A DNA stretch of 42,004 nt from Reclinomonas americana ATCC 50394 (lineage: Eukaryota): assembly GCA_048213135.1 (NCBI GenBank), contig PS015067.1:15021-57024 (forward strand), given 5' to 3'. Of the stretch, positions 26,293 to 42,004 are shown one piece after another. The stretch's first letter is position 1, and the number at the start of each line of letters is the position of its first letter. Below the pieces are notes generated by a model, which made no database searches, was not told where the DNA came from, and was given only the letters and a program-made list of their open reading frames with translations. The translations under genes and the position numbers were made by a program.

Positions 26293-29200
26293 TTACAATG
26301 AATGTTTTGCGTTGGGGGACGGCACCGACGACGCTTGACTTCCGCGACGATTTCTTGTGCTGGCCGACGTCGGCGACAGGAAAACCACGCTTGGCCGCGG
26401 AGCTTGTGACGATATGATGCTCTCTTGTGGAGCAACGCTGGGCCGTCGGTTGTCGGCGGCCGACAGGGGTCGTGAGTGCGATCCTGTTGATGAGTCTGAT
26501 ATTCCCGCAAAGGCAACACTTCTTCGTCGATTTTCTTGCCGGCCGGCGCCCAGCAGACTGGTGCGCGACGATGGCCGCGAGGATCGCCACTCCGCAGCCG
26601 GCAGCGGCTCGCCGGAAACCATGCTGGAGAAGGCGCGGTTGCCCTCGCAGTCCAGATCCAGCTGATTGAGCAGAGTGGCGGCCGAGGGTGTACCGGGTAA
26701 TGACCCGTTGCCACCGACGTACTCGGCCGACATGCTGCCGAGAGTGGGTCGCCGCTCAAGCGTGCGCGACTGTGACCGATCCCGCACATGCATCACCATG
26801 TTGGCGTCGCCGGGTGTCACCGACGCGATATACACACTCGAGCGCCCCGACATTGCCCTCTCCACCGGTATCGCCTGCACCGGGTCGCTCGTCCTTGATT
26901 GTGGACTGGTGAGCGACTCAACAGTCACATGCAGGCCGTGGTTGCCGCCATTGGCTGACATTTTCTCCATGTACTCCTCAGCCGCCTCCGACGGCGCCTG
27001 ATTGTTGCCTGGAGTCATCTCTGCCGGCATGATGCCACCGACCGGCACCGAGTTGTACATGTTCCACCCCTCCGGCAAGCGATCTTGCAGGCGCTCCGGC
27101 AGAATCTGGAACACTGTGTGCACGAGACGGGAAACGCAATCAGCACATTGTGGATCACGAAAGACGACAGTCATGATAAGCTCACCGTGCATCACCTCCG
27201 ACACACCCTTCAGCTCCATTGGCTATCACACCAGAGATTGTCAGTCACGCCATCGAAACGCAAGCGAGGGCGAGTAAGAGACAGCACACAATAGACGCAC
27301 CCCAATGTAGTTGGTCACCACCGGCATGTCCAGCTCGAGTCGCCCTTCAGAGTCCTGTGTGTGTACCGCGCAGAGTGTCAGTGAAAACAATCAACAGCAA
27401 GGTGTGTCTGTTCACCGCGACTGACACGCAACTCGTGGCAATGTGCGCAGGAACTCGTCCGATACGTGGATCATGCCGCCCTTGGCCGTGCCGGACACAC
27501 GCGCACCTCGATTGATCGTCGTGCCTGTGCGTGTTATCATGTCAGTCAGCGTCATGAATTGAATGAGTGGGACACAGGGGCGCAGTGCACCGTAGTAGTC
27601 CAGTCGACCAACGACCTCGTCCATCTGTGGCGCAACATGCAGCAGGTGAGCACGACTTTACAAACTGATATGGTAATCGTAGATAGTGCTCTGTTCACCT
27701 TGTGCGTGGCTTCGCCGTAGTGCAAGCCCATACGAATTCTGAGTCCACGGTAGATGACGCCATATCGTGGCGAGTCCACAATCGCGCCATAGTTGAGCTT
27801 GTAGAGAGCTTTCGGCCAGCGTGTCTGCGGTATAGAAAATGGTGGTGAGATGCGATGCAACCCTTATTGTTCCCCACAAGTGTGGTGTCTGTTACCTCCA
27901 GCAGTGCCATTTGCGTCTCCAGCGCCCAGTGAATCGCATCGAATGGCTTGGTGAAGGACACCATGAAAGCGTCACCTGCCCCACAGCAACAGAGTCAGGC
28001 ACAGTCCTCTTGTCTCGGTGTGCTGAACGTGTGAACATGATGCACACCTTCGGTTTTGACCTCGAAGCCGTTGTGGTCGCGCAGTCCGCGACGCATGATG
28101 CGGTGGTGCTGCTGAATGCAGCGCGACATCAGATCGGCGTCCGTCTCCCACAGAGCCGTGGAGCCTGCCAAGACTGTGTCAGTTTCTCAACTCAGTTCAA
28201 CCTGCACACCGCACCGACTCACCTTCAATATCCTGTACGATGGAAGGATACAAAAAGTAGACAAGATCACTATCAGCAACACATCACACACAGTCAACAG
28301 AATCAGCAGTGTAATCACCGTGAAGGCCACCACAATCTGCACATCAGGAGAGCGAGACAAATGAGCGATATACAGAAAGGAGTTGGTGGTGGACGCGACA
28401 GCACTGACCGTTCCCTTTGGTGCGTTGTCCAGGGCGGCGACATAGAGATCCTCGGCGTCGACACCATACGCCTGGCTGTCGTTGTGCTCCTCGCGGTAGG
28501 TGCGGTCCTTGTAGACGAAGCGCGAAATGTACATGAAAACAGCGGTGTTGGCCAGCACCCACACTGCCACGGTAAGGCTGCCAACAAGCTGCATGGCCAG
28601 CTGCATGCCGCGATTCGGCGGGATGAAGCCGAACACTGCACAGTCACTCTGTGAGCAATACAGAAACGGCGCGCGGAGCGCGATTTCCTGGCGAGTACAA
28701 CACACACCGTTGAAGACGTGCTCGTCCTTGTAGAGTACGCCAACACAGAGGAGGCCGACAATCGAGCACATGCCGTGCACACCGATGGCATCGCATGGGT
28801 CTGCAGCAGAATGAGAATCGTAGAACAACAGACACATCGCGGCAGTGGTGACCAACCATCAATGTGCAGCACTTTTGCCAGACGCTAGAGCAAGGTAAGC
28901 GAAGGTGTGTGTTTCTTAGTCAGCAGCAACAAATGAGAAGCTACACCAGTGCGGTAAACTCACCACTCCAATGTGGTAGCACGCTCCACTGACGACGCCA
29001 ATGATGAATGCCGCCCACGGCTCGACAAATGCGCAGCCTGTGTGCCGTGAGACACGAAGCTGGAGACAGAATCAAACGTCAGTAGCACACACCGGAAGTG
29101 ATGCCGACGAGGCCCGCGAGCGAGCCGTTGATCATCGAGTTGACATCGTAGATGCCCATTTTCCAGCTGCGTGTGATCATGACCACCAACGTGAGTGCGC

Positions 29201-31348
29201 ACAGAGCTTCCGATTCTCTCAAGATTCACACGTACCGAGCCACCAGCAAGGCGGAGAGTGTGGCTCCAGATCCCGCAATAATAGAATTCACCGCACACCG
29301 CCCTGCAGCACGCATTCAGCAGAACGCACAATCACTGTAAGTGCGTGCAGCATGAATGCGCACCTGCTGTGCGCATCTGCTCAACGCCTGGAGAGATAGT
29401 GACCGTGGAGCACGCATTGAAACCCTGTTCGTCCCACGCCACATATCAGCAACCACGAATGCAGCACAGTACAGGTGGTGAAAATGGCTGATGACGCACC
29501 AGCCAGCCGAACCACAGAATGAAGCTTCCGAGTGCTTGCAGCATTTGCTGAGTCTTGACCCACTGCGAGCGGACCATCTCGAGCGTGTTGTCGGCCTGCT
29601 CTGAGTTGAGCATAAAGCAAGAATCGCGGGAAGGAAGGTCTCTTGCGCACCGCCACATTTTCCACTTCATCGTCCTCCGTCATGCCGCCCATTGAGGAGC
29701 CACGATCGGACGAGTTGTTGTCGGGTGTGACCTTGGTCTCGAAGACAACACCCGGCCGAGGCCCGAGAATCTGCGTCGGCGCCGTCGTGTCAACAACAAG
29801 TGTGGCCATCGGTGCTGACCGCATTATGCGAGCACTTACCGCTGCTCCAGCAATCGAGGCGTACCCACCGACCATGTGCACGGCGCAATCGCCCGCAAAG
29901 TCAAGGATAAAGTAGCCGTAGAACGGACGCTTCTCAATCGGTGCGGCTCTGCAGTGCAAGCGGCGGGTGAGCGGACACGTACTTTGTGTGTGCCGAGCAT
30001 ACACCACGCTGCTGTGTGACAGACCCACTCATCCAGCCATCTGCATCGCGTGTTTATGAGAAAAGAAATCCATCAAAATTAACGTCGAAGTATGTTCTCA
30101 CCTTTGCTCCACGTCCAGTGGGCAACCGTGCCGTAGATCCAGCTGCAGACGAACAGGTTGAGCATCAAGTATCCCTGTGCAAGTGGGTGAGTACGGATCC
30201 AAACGGCCACCACCGCACACATTCATCATGGCCGACGAAACGGAGAGTTTGACACGCTCCTGCAGATGAAATCCGAACCCGAACCACACGGTAAGATACC
30301 TCTCTCGACGAAAACGGCAAACGAAACGGAAACGCAACAGCCATGGCGCCCGACATGACAGTTCCCTGTGGAGGAAGAAGGCAAAACGCTGAGTTTACAT
30401 GGCTGGACTGGCGGAAGCTCTTGGACACGCAACTGCACAAGCGCAAAAGCCAAAGCCGAATACCCACACTAAACCATCGGTGGTCGAACTGGGTACACCA
30501 AACACTTGTGCCGAATCAAAGCCGAATACACCATTCAGTGCTGCCATTGTACATCAAGCGAATCACCAGTGAGCAGAAAGGAGGGAGAGGAGATCGGTCA
30601 CACAGGTGCCAAATCTGGAGAGACACATCGACCGTTGACTCACGTGCGTTTTGGAGAGTGTAGCCCAGCCCCCACCAGGCCAACATCGCCGTTCCCGTAT
30701 CCGCGTAGTTCTTGAGCACGATAAGCTGTACACCCTTGCGCACACTGGCCGCCTGCGTTTTGTGTGTAATGTGACGCAAGTTTGTCACAAAATGCGACGA
30801 CTCTCCGAACAGAGACGGAGAGAGAGAGAGAGCACACACACACACAGACTCTCCCTGCTGGTGTCTCGCGACTCACCTCAATGAGCAGGAAGCCAGCTTT
30901 CATGAAGAACACCAGAGTGCCACCGACAAAGATCCACTGCGGCACGCAGTGCGTGTGAGAAAAACGACAAAATACCGCTCACAGATGAGTGTGCATGAGT
31001 GGGTCGCATGCATGTGCGTATCAAGTGGGCGAAGAAGAGTGTGCACGGTGTGTGTGTGTGTGTGTGTGAGAGAGAGACAGCACTATGTGTTGTATCATCT
31101 CCACACTTGTGGAAAACAGCAAGCGAAAGGAGATCTCAGTGCGTCTCCGTTAGAGTGCGCGTGAAAGAGTGCGCGCGTGTGTGTGCGAGGGAGGGTGGGA
31201 GGGAGGGAGAGAGAGAGAACGATAATCGTGTTCGCGAATGAGCCGTTAGTGAGTGGTGAGACGCAACGACAGCGTTGATACCAAACGGCAGATCTGAGTA
31301 TGGATCGGGCGCCGCTGCCGCTGGCATCGATGCCGACGCGTCGTCCAT
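26293..31348 (-). CDS. Ammonium transporter (Amt/MEP) - class III adenylyl cyclase fusion protein, paralog B
   Basis: Spliced: WIFVGGTLVFFMKAGFLLIE|AASVRKGVQLIVLKNYAD...WVFGFGFCACAVA|GTVMSGAMA|ERVKLS|GYLMLNLFVCSWIYGTVAHWTWSKG...DFAGDCAVHMVGG...LWFGWL|GFNACS...NGSLAGLVGITS|GCAFVEPW...DPCDAIGVHG...NAPKGT|IVVAFT|DIEG|STALWE...EVKTEG|DAFMV...GLRIRMGLHYGE|RLDYY|GTTINRGARV; stop at 26293. Confidence 0.92.
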
Positions 31349-32284
31349 TGTGACGGGGGTGTAAGTGGAAACACTGCGTGTGAGTGCGTGAAACAGCTGC
31401 TGTCTCTTCTCGCACAACCCACGAACAAAACTAACACTCAAATATTCGCTGCGCAAAAATGGAATCCAGTACGTGAAAGGAGACAACGGCGAAAACATCA
31501 CCTGCGTTGTTTCTTCGAGGCGTTGAGAACGTTCGCCGTGGGCATGGGAATACGAGGAGCTGGGACGCCGGCTGCGCAGCGTGTGCTTGCGGCGGTGGAA
31601 CGGTGTGGTCAGTCGAAAGAATCGATCGTTCAGGATTGCAATTCGCGGAGCTCCCTCATTTCGTCGCGCCGTTCATCACGTATCGCAGTTTGTCGATGGG
31701 TTTGTCCGCCCTTCAGCGCTGCGCTGGCGCGCCGCTCATGCTCAGCGGTCGGCGGGTGCCGACAAATCAAGCAGAACTCTGCGGCCGGATTCGAGAAACT
31801 CTCTGCTGCTGCGCGTTTCGCCCCGAAGAGAGTGCATTGCATGATACATGTACATCTACTGCAGCGGCCACCACAGTCAAGTTGGCTGCTGTTCACCATC
31901 TGCACTCGCTCCACCCCACCACTGCTCGCCGCCAGTGTGTGTGTCCCGACAGCCAGGGTCAGTATCTAACGACCATTCCCCTGCTCTCCTTCTTTTCGCT
32001 GCAACGAACTCTCTCCCTGGAAACACCCGCAACGCGGCGATTCTCTTGCCTAACAGTCGAGGCTGCTGTTGCTTCCCTTCTCTCGCCAGCCCTCATGATC
32101 ACCCACCCATCGATCTTCCCTTCAACATTGTCGGCATCGCGATCGACACAGACCGCGCAGCGCGGTCGCGATCACTCATTCCACAACGCTTGACACGGGC
32201 CCACAACACAAGAGTGACTATCGTCACAGCAGCACCCGTGCGCAACAAAAGACGAAGCTCTAACCGCCGTCTTCGAACATCTCT

Positions 32285-33282
32285 TTACGCATCTGTTCCA
32301 CCGGCACCACCGCCTGCCGCCCACCGCCGCTCACGCTCCTTCTGCCGCACCTCGCGCTCCAGCTCGAACTGCCGATGATCAGCACGCACGAGAAACTCTT
32401 GCCGCTCGATGAACCTTTCGCGGCACCACATGAGAGAAACAAACAAACACACGCAGCAGCACAGCAGCCGCAATTCACAAACCCGTCCTTTCGTGCACCG
32501 GCCAGCTCGTCCTCCAGACCCTGGTCGTTCTTGTACGAGTCCCAGTCGCGCTTGGATCGATCCAGCACCGACTCCTTCTTCGGCTTCTTGATGGCGTTGA
32601 TCATGTCGTCGATGGAGTTGCCGGCGGGACTGTAGGAGAGACAGAGAGCGTGGTGAGAGGAGCGGCCAAAAGAAGAGAGAACGCTCGGGCGACCAAACGC
32701 GCCGTTTCGTGCCGGCCAGTCGCGCTGTCGGAGGCGAGACGACTGGCGGAGGTGGGACAGGCGCAGGTGGAGGCGGAGGTGCAGCAGCAGGTGGCTTGCG
32801 CACACGACTGCTGGCCTGCATCTCAGCAAAGAAATCATCGACCGACTTGCCGGACGCACCACCACTCTTCTGTGCGCCGCCGGAGATGGTCGCGGCAATC
32901 GCAGTCGCCGCGACCGCAGCAGCGCCACGTGTCACACGCGCCTCTCGCGGTTTCACTCCACCCTCAATCGCCGCCCAGTCCTCATCATCATCATCATCAC
33001 CAGAGTCCGATGTCTCCGCCTCGTCCTCCTCCTCATCCTCCTCGTCTCTCCCGACTCGCTTGCCCTTCTTGCCGCCCGCAGATCGCGGAGGCTTTGCTTT
33101 CTTTGTCGCCGCTGCAGATGCGCTCGTCGACTTGCTCTTGGCCGCTTTCTCTACACACACACACGCACACATGCACACACATAGTGTGAGTTGCGCCTGT
33201 TGTTGCCTGTGCGGCATCACCCCGTCAAACCTGGCACGTAGTCCTCGTCAGCGGAACTATCGCTGTGTTCGTCGTCGCTCAT
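32285..33282 (-). CDS. CFDP1: BCNT-C domain protein (CFDP1/Swc5-like, SWR1/SRCAP complex)
   Basis: MSDDEHSDSSADEDYVP N-terminus, acidic/basic low-complexity middle, C-terminal KKESVLDRSKRDWDSYKNDQGLEDELAGARKDG|FIERQEFLVRADHRQFELEREVR. Confidence 0.85.
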
Positions 33283-33415
33283 GTTTGAGTGTTTGAATTG
33301 CTGACGCAGGACATCTTTGCCTCTTTGTTCTTGCTGCTTCCATACGACCATTCATTCACTAACGAGCAAGTCTATCAACGACTACGAGGACGGCAACGCC
33401 ATGCTTGCAAATTCT

Positions 33416-33843
33416 CTAAAACACTGGCTGCGCCGCTCGTACTTCCGGCTCGACCTCGGCAAAGGCCTTCTTGTAGGGCGAGTCGGCCCCGGGTGGTGTC
33501 ACCAGAATCACCGAGGTTGGTCGCTTGGTGCCTGCGGCGGCGCCCAGCTCGGCCTTTGACGGTGTGTAAATGTAGGGAATGCCGGCGTCTTCGCACAGCA
33601 CCGCCAAGTGCGAGATCACGTCAATCGGGCTAATGTCGCCCGCAATGATGCACACTCTGTGCACGACGAGAGAGAGAGAGAGAGAGAAGAGGGTGAGAGA
33701 AGAGTGTAAGAGGGAGAGGGAGAGAAGAGTGTGAGAAGAGAGTGAGAGGGCAAGAGTGGAAAAGGGCACTTGAAAAAGGATCCATTCGCGTGAGGCCAGA
33801 AGCGTGCATGCACTCGATCACAGACGCAGGCCAGGAAAGAACG

Positions 33844-33882
<39 letters not shown>

Positions 33883-34497
33883 GGAGAAGAACGCGGACAC
33901 TTGCACTCTCACTCACTTGCACTGTCACTCAATGACACGGAGACGAATGTGTGTCTTCGCACTCTCTCTTCAAACACACTTGCACACAGAGAAGCACTCC
34001 CAAACACGCACTCACAACACACACACACACACACACACATACTTTCTCACTGGGCCACACTCTCATTCACACTCTCACTCCAATCATTTCACGGAATGCA
34101 ATGCCGCAGTCAGGACGACACATGTGAATGCACGCACACGCACGCACACACATAGAGAGAGAGACAGCATGTGTGTGCGTGCGTGAGAAAGAGAGAGAGC
34201 GCGCAAAACGCACACACACACTCTGCTCACGGAAGAGAGCAAGTAAGTCACGCACCCCTTTGCGCCCTTGCGAATGCACTTGACGACCTCACGCACACCA
34301 CGCTTGATGCCCTTGGCCTCCGTTGCTACAAACACACACACACAGATGAGCATCAACACACACGCACTCTCTCTTTACACACATATGCACACACCCTTCT
34401 TGACCAGCTTCAACAGCGACTTGTTGAGCTTCTTGGGCGCCAGCGGACTGGCAATCGCACACACAAACTGGCCGTACGCAGCAGCAGACTCGTCCAT
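33416..34497 (-). CDS. NHP2: H/ACA snoRNP subunit NHP2 (L7Ae family)
   Basis: AIASPLAPKKLNKSLLKLVKK|ATEAKGIKRGVREVVKCIRKGAKG|VCIIAGDISPIDVISHLAVLCEDAGIPYIYTPSKAELGAAAGTKRPTSVILV. Confidence 0.93.
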
Positions 34498-34565
34498 CGC
34501 ACTCTCACACACAAACAAAAACTAACAATGAGTGTGTCCTTTGAGTGTCCCTCTTGTCGCAAACA

Positions 34566-36554
34566 ATGAGTGCCTGGGAGCTTTTGTGGCTGCTGCTTGC
34601 CGCACTGTGCGCCTTTCATGTTACGCACTGCCTCTCACTCACATCTCTATGCGCTCTTCTGCTCACTCACTCTCTCAAGTAGGTGTGGGAGAGTGTGGTG
34701 TGGCCGCGTTTGCGCTTTGGAGGTGCAGGTGGTGCGTTGCGTGCGGGTGCGTGTGTGGTCATCACAGGTGCGAGCTCGGGCATTGGGCGGGCGGCGGCGC
34801 TGGAGTATGCCAAGGCCGGGTGTCGTGTCGTGTTGCTGGCGCGCACAGAGGTGATTAGGAGAGACGGAAGGCAAGGGAAAGGGTGTGAGAGACACAGACG
34901 CTTTCCTCGTTGCATCGGAGCTTTGTGGCGTCTCTGCACATGACACGCTTTGCTCAGTGCCACAACAACACTGTTCGCTGGGCGGTTCTTCCCTCATGAG
35001 AGGCAGCACAGACGAATTCTACTCGCTCGCCTTTCTTGTTCTCGTTGCATCGGAGCTTTGTGGCGCTCTGCATGACACGCCTTGCTCACATTGTTTACTC
35101 TGGTCGGTTCTCCCTCGTGAGAGGCAGCACAGACGCTTTCGTTCTCGTTGCATCGGAGCTTTGTGGCGTCTCTGCATGACACACAGACCTCTTCCTTGCT
35201 CAGTGCCTCTTCCACGCTTCACTCTGGTCCATCTTTGTGAGAGGCAGCACAGACGCCTCTGTTCTTGTTCTCGTTGTATCGGAGCTTTGTGGCTTCTCTG
35301 TACGACACACAGACCTCTTCCTTGCTTAGTGCGTCTTCCACGCTGTTCACTCTGGTCGGTTCTCCCTCGTGAGACGCAGTACAGACGCCTTCCTTGCGCT
35401 GTACCAGTACTGTTCTTCTTGTCGTTGCATCGGCGAACCGTGGCTTCTCTTCACACTCCTTCTCCCTTTGATCCTTACCTGACATACCGTCCTTCTCCCT
35501 TCTCCCTTCTCCCTTCTCCCTTCTCCCTTCTCTCTTCCTCCTCTGCCCTTCTACCACTCACTTGCTGCTGTGATCGATTTGTTTGTGCGTTGTGCAGTCG
35601 AAGCTTCGCGAGGTGGTGGCCGAGATCGCGCAGCTCAAGGGCGGTCGTGTGCCGCGAGCCACGTACCACGCCGTGGACGTGTCGGACGCCGATGCCATGT
35701 TGAGTGTGGCCGACCGCATTGTGGCCGACAACAACGGCCAGCCGCCGGATGTGCTCGTCAACAATGCGGGCGCCGGTCAGTGGCTGTTTGCGAGCGAGAC
35801 CAAGCCGTCGCAGATGGTCGACATGATGTGTGTGCCGTACTTTGCCGCCTTCAACGCCACGCACGCCTTTTTGCAGCGCATGAAGGCCAACCGACGCGGG
35901 CAGATTGTGTTTGGTGAGACTTCATCCTCCGCCCGCTTGCTGCAAACCTCGCTGCTCTCACCTCCGCTTTGACAGTGACATCGCCGGCGAGCTACGTGTC
36001 GATCCCCGGTGCCGCCTGCTACACGGCCGCCCGCCATGCTGGTCTGTCGCGCGTGTGTGTGTGAGAGAGAAAATGAGTGTGCTGATTGCTGCGGTGAACA
36101 GTCAAGGGCTTTGCCGAGTGCCTGCAGGCCGAGTTGAAGGGCTCCGGCCTCAATGTCTCCATTGTGGTCATGGCCAAGGTGCGGTGAAGCGAGGATAAGT
36201 GGCCACCATCTGCGTACTAACCCTCGCCACGCACGTGCAGGTGGCCTCGACCTACTGGGCCAACAACCCGGGATCAGAAGAGGTTTTCTTCTTGTCGCCA
36301 AGCTCCTCTTGACCCCCCGCTCTTCTCACCCTGTCTCTATGCACCCCTTCCACCAGCGCGTCCCGGGCATCAGCGTGCTCATCCCGACCATGTCCGAGGA
36401 GGCCGCCGGTCGCACGCTGGTCGAGGCCAGCCGCTACCCGCGCGACCTCATCACGGCTCCGTTCATTTTCACCATCATTTACGAGGCATACCTGCTGCTT
36501 CCGCGCGTCGTCACCTGGCTCCTGCATGTGACCTCCACCAAGGCCAAGCACTGA
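34566..36554 (+). CDS. Classical short-chain dehydrogenase/reductase with an N-terminal hydrophobic anchor
   Basis: MSAWELLWLLLAALCAFH|VWESVV...VVITGASSGIG...LLARTE|SKL...VDVSD...VLVNNAGAG...GQIVF|VTSPASY...YTAARHA|VKGFAECLQAEL; stop at 36552-36554. Confidence 0.9.
34886..35450. repeat. Intronic minisatellite, ~120 bp unit, ~4.5 copies
   Basis: Recurring GAGAGGCAGCACAGACG...TTCTCGTTGCATCGGAGCTTTGTGGCG...CATGACAC at ~34886, 34998, 35118, 35238 and 35370, inside SDR intron ~34851-35597. Confidence 0.85.
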
Positions 36555-36659
36555 GTAGACAGACTAGACTGTCTGACTGAGGGAGAGTCAATGAACAACG
36601 TCGAGTCCTGTGAGATGTGACTCCGCGCACACTCCGTTTGCACACCGAGGGCGTGCACA

Positions 36660-42004
<5,345 letters not shown>

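Noticed and set aside
21139-28654. Long + strand ORFs (21139-21846, 27839-28654) duplicated in both paralogs
   Set aside because: Antisense shadows of the cyclase exons; their similarity is explained by the shared tract
19701-31348. Amt-cyclase A and B as two haplotypes of one gene
   Set aside because: Amt exons, Amt introns, N-termini and C-tails are far too divergent for alleles
31388-32260. Overlapping 87-228 aa ORFs between Amt-cyclase B and CFDP1
   Set aside because: No recognisable motif or consistent exon structure; likely promoter/UTR sequence in GC-rich DNA

Overview
Gene-dense, intron-rich (mostly ~55-90 nt GT-AG introns, many CA/GA microsatellites) eukaryotic scaffold with N gaps, probably from a flagellated protist. 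Manual splicing gives, in order: a 5'-truncated protein with a DZIP3-like HEPN domain (+); a peptide deformylase with non-canonical motifs (+); a TPH-domain (CFAP210/CCDC173-like) coiled-coil gene (-); an imperfect intergenic inverted repeat; a ~12 kb gene for a PMP-repeat/Cys-rich multi-TM surface protein (-); TWO tandem paralogous genes that each fuse a complete Amt/MEP ammonium transporter domain to a class III adenylyl cyclase with all catalytic residues (-), separated by a MerB (alkylmercury lyase)-like gene (-); CFDP1/Swc5 (-); NHP2 (-); an SDR (+); and an AFG3/YTA12-type m-AAA protease (+) whose middle contig is inverted between gaps. The standout is the Amt-adenylyl cyclase fusion pair, a candidate eukaryotic ammonium-gated cAMP receptor. 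It is hidden from the ORF track because the cyclase's first motif is split over 18-nt and 10-nt microexons. Exon boundaries were read by eye, and family assignments come from motif recognition, not database searches.
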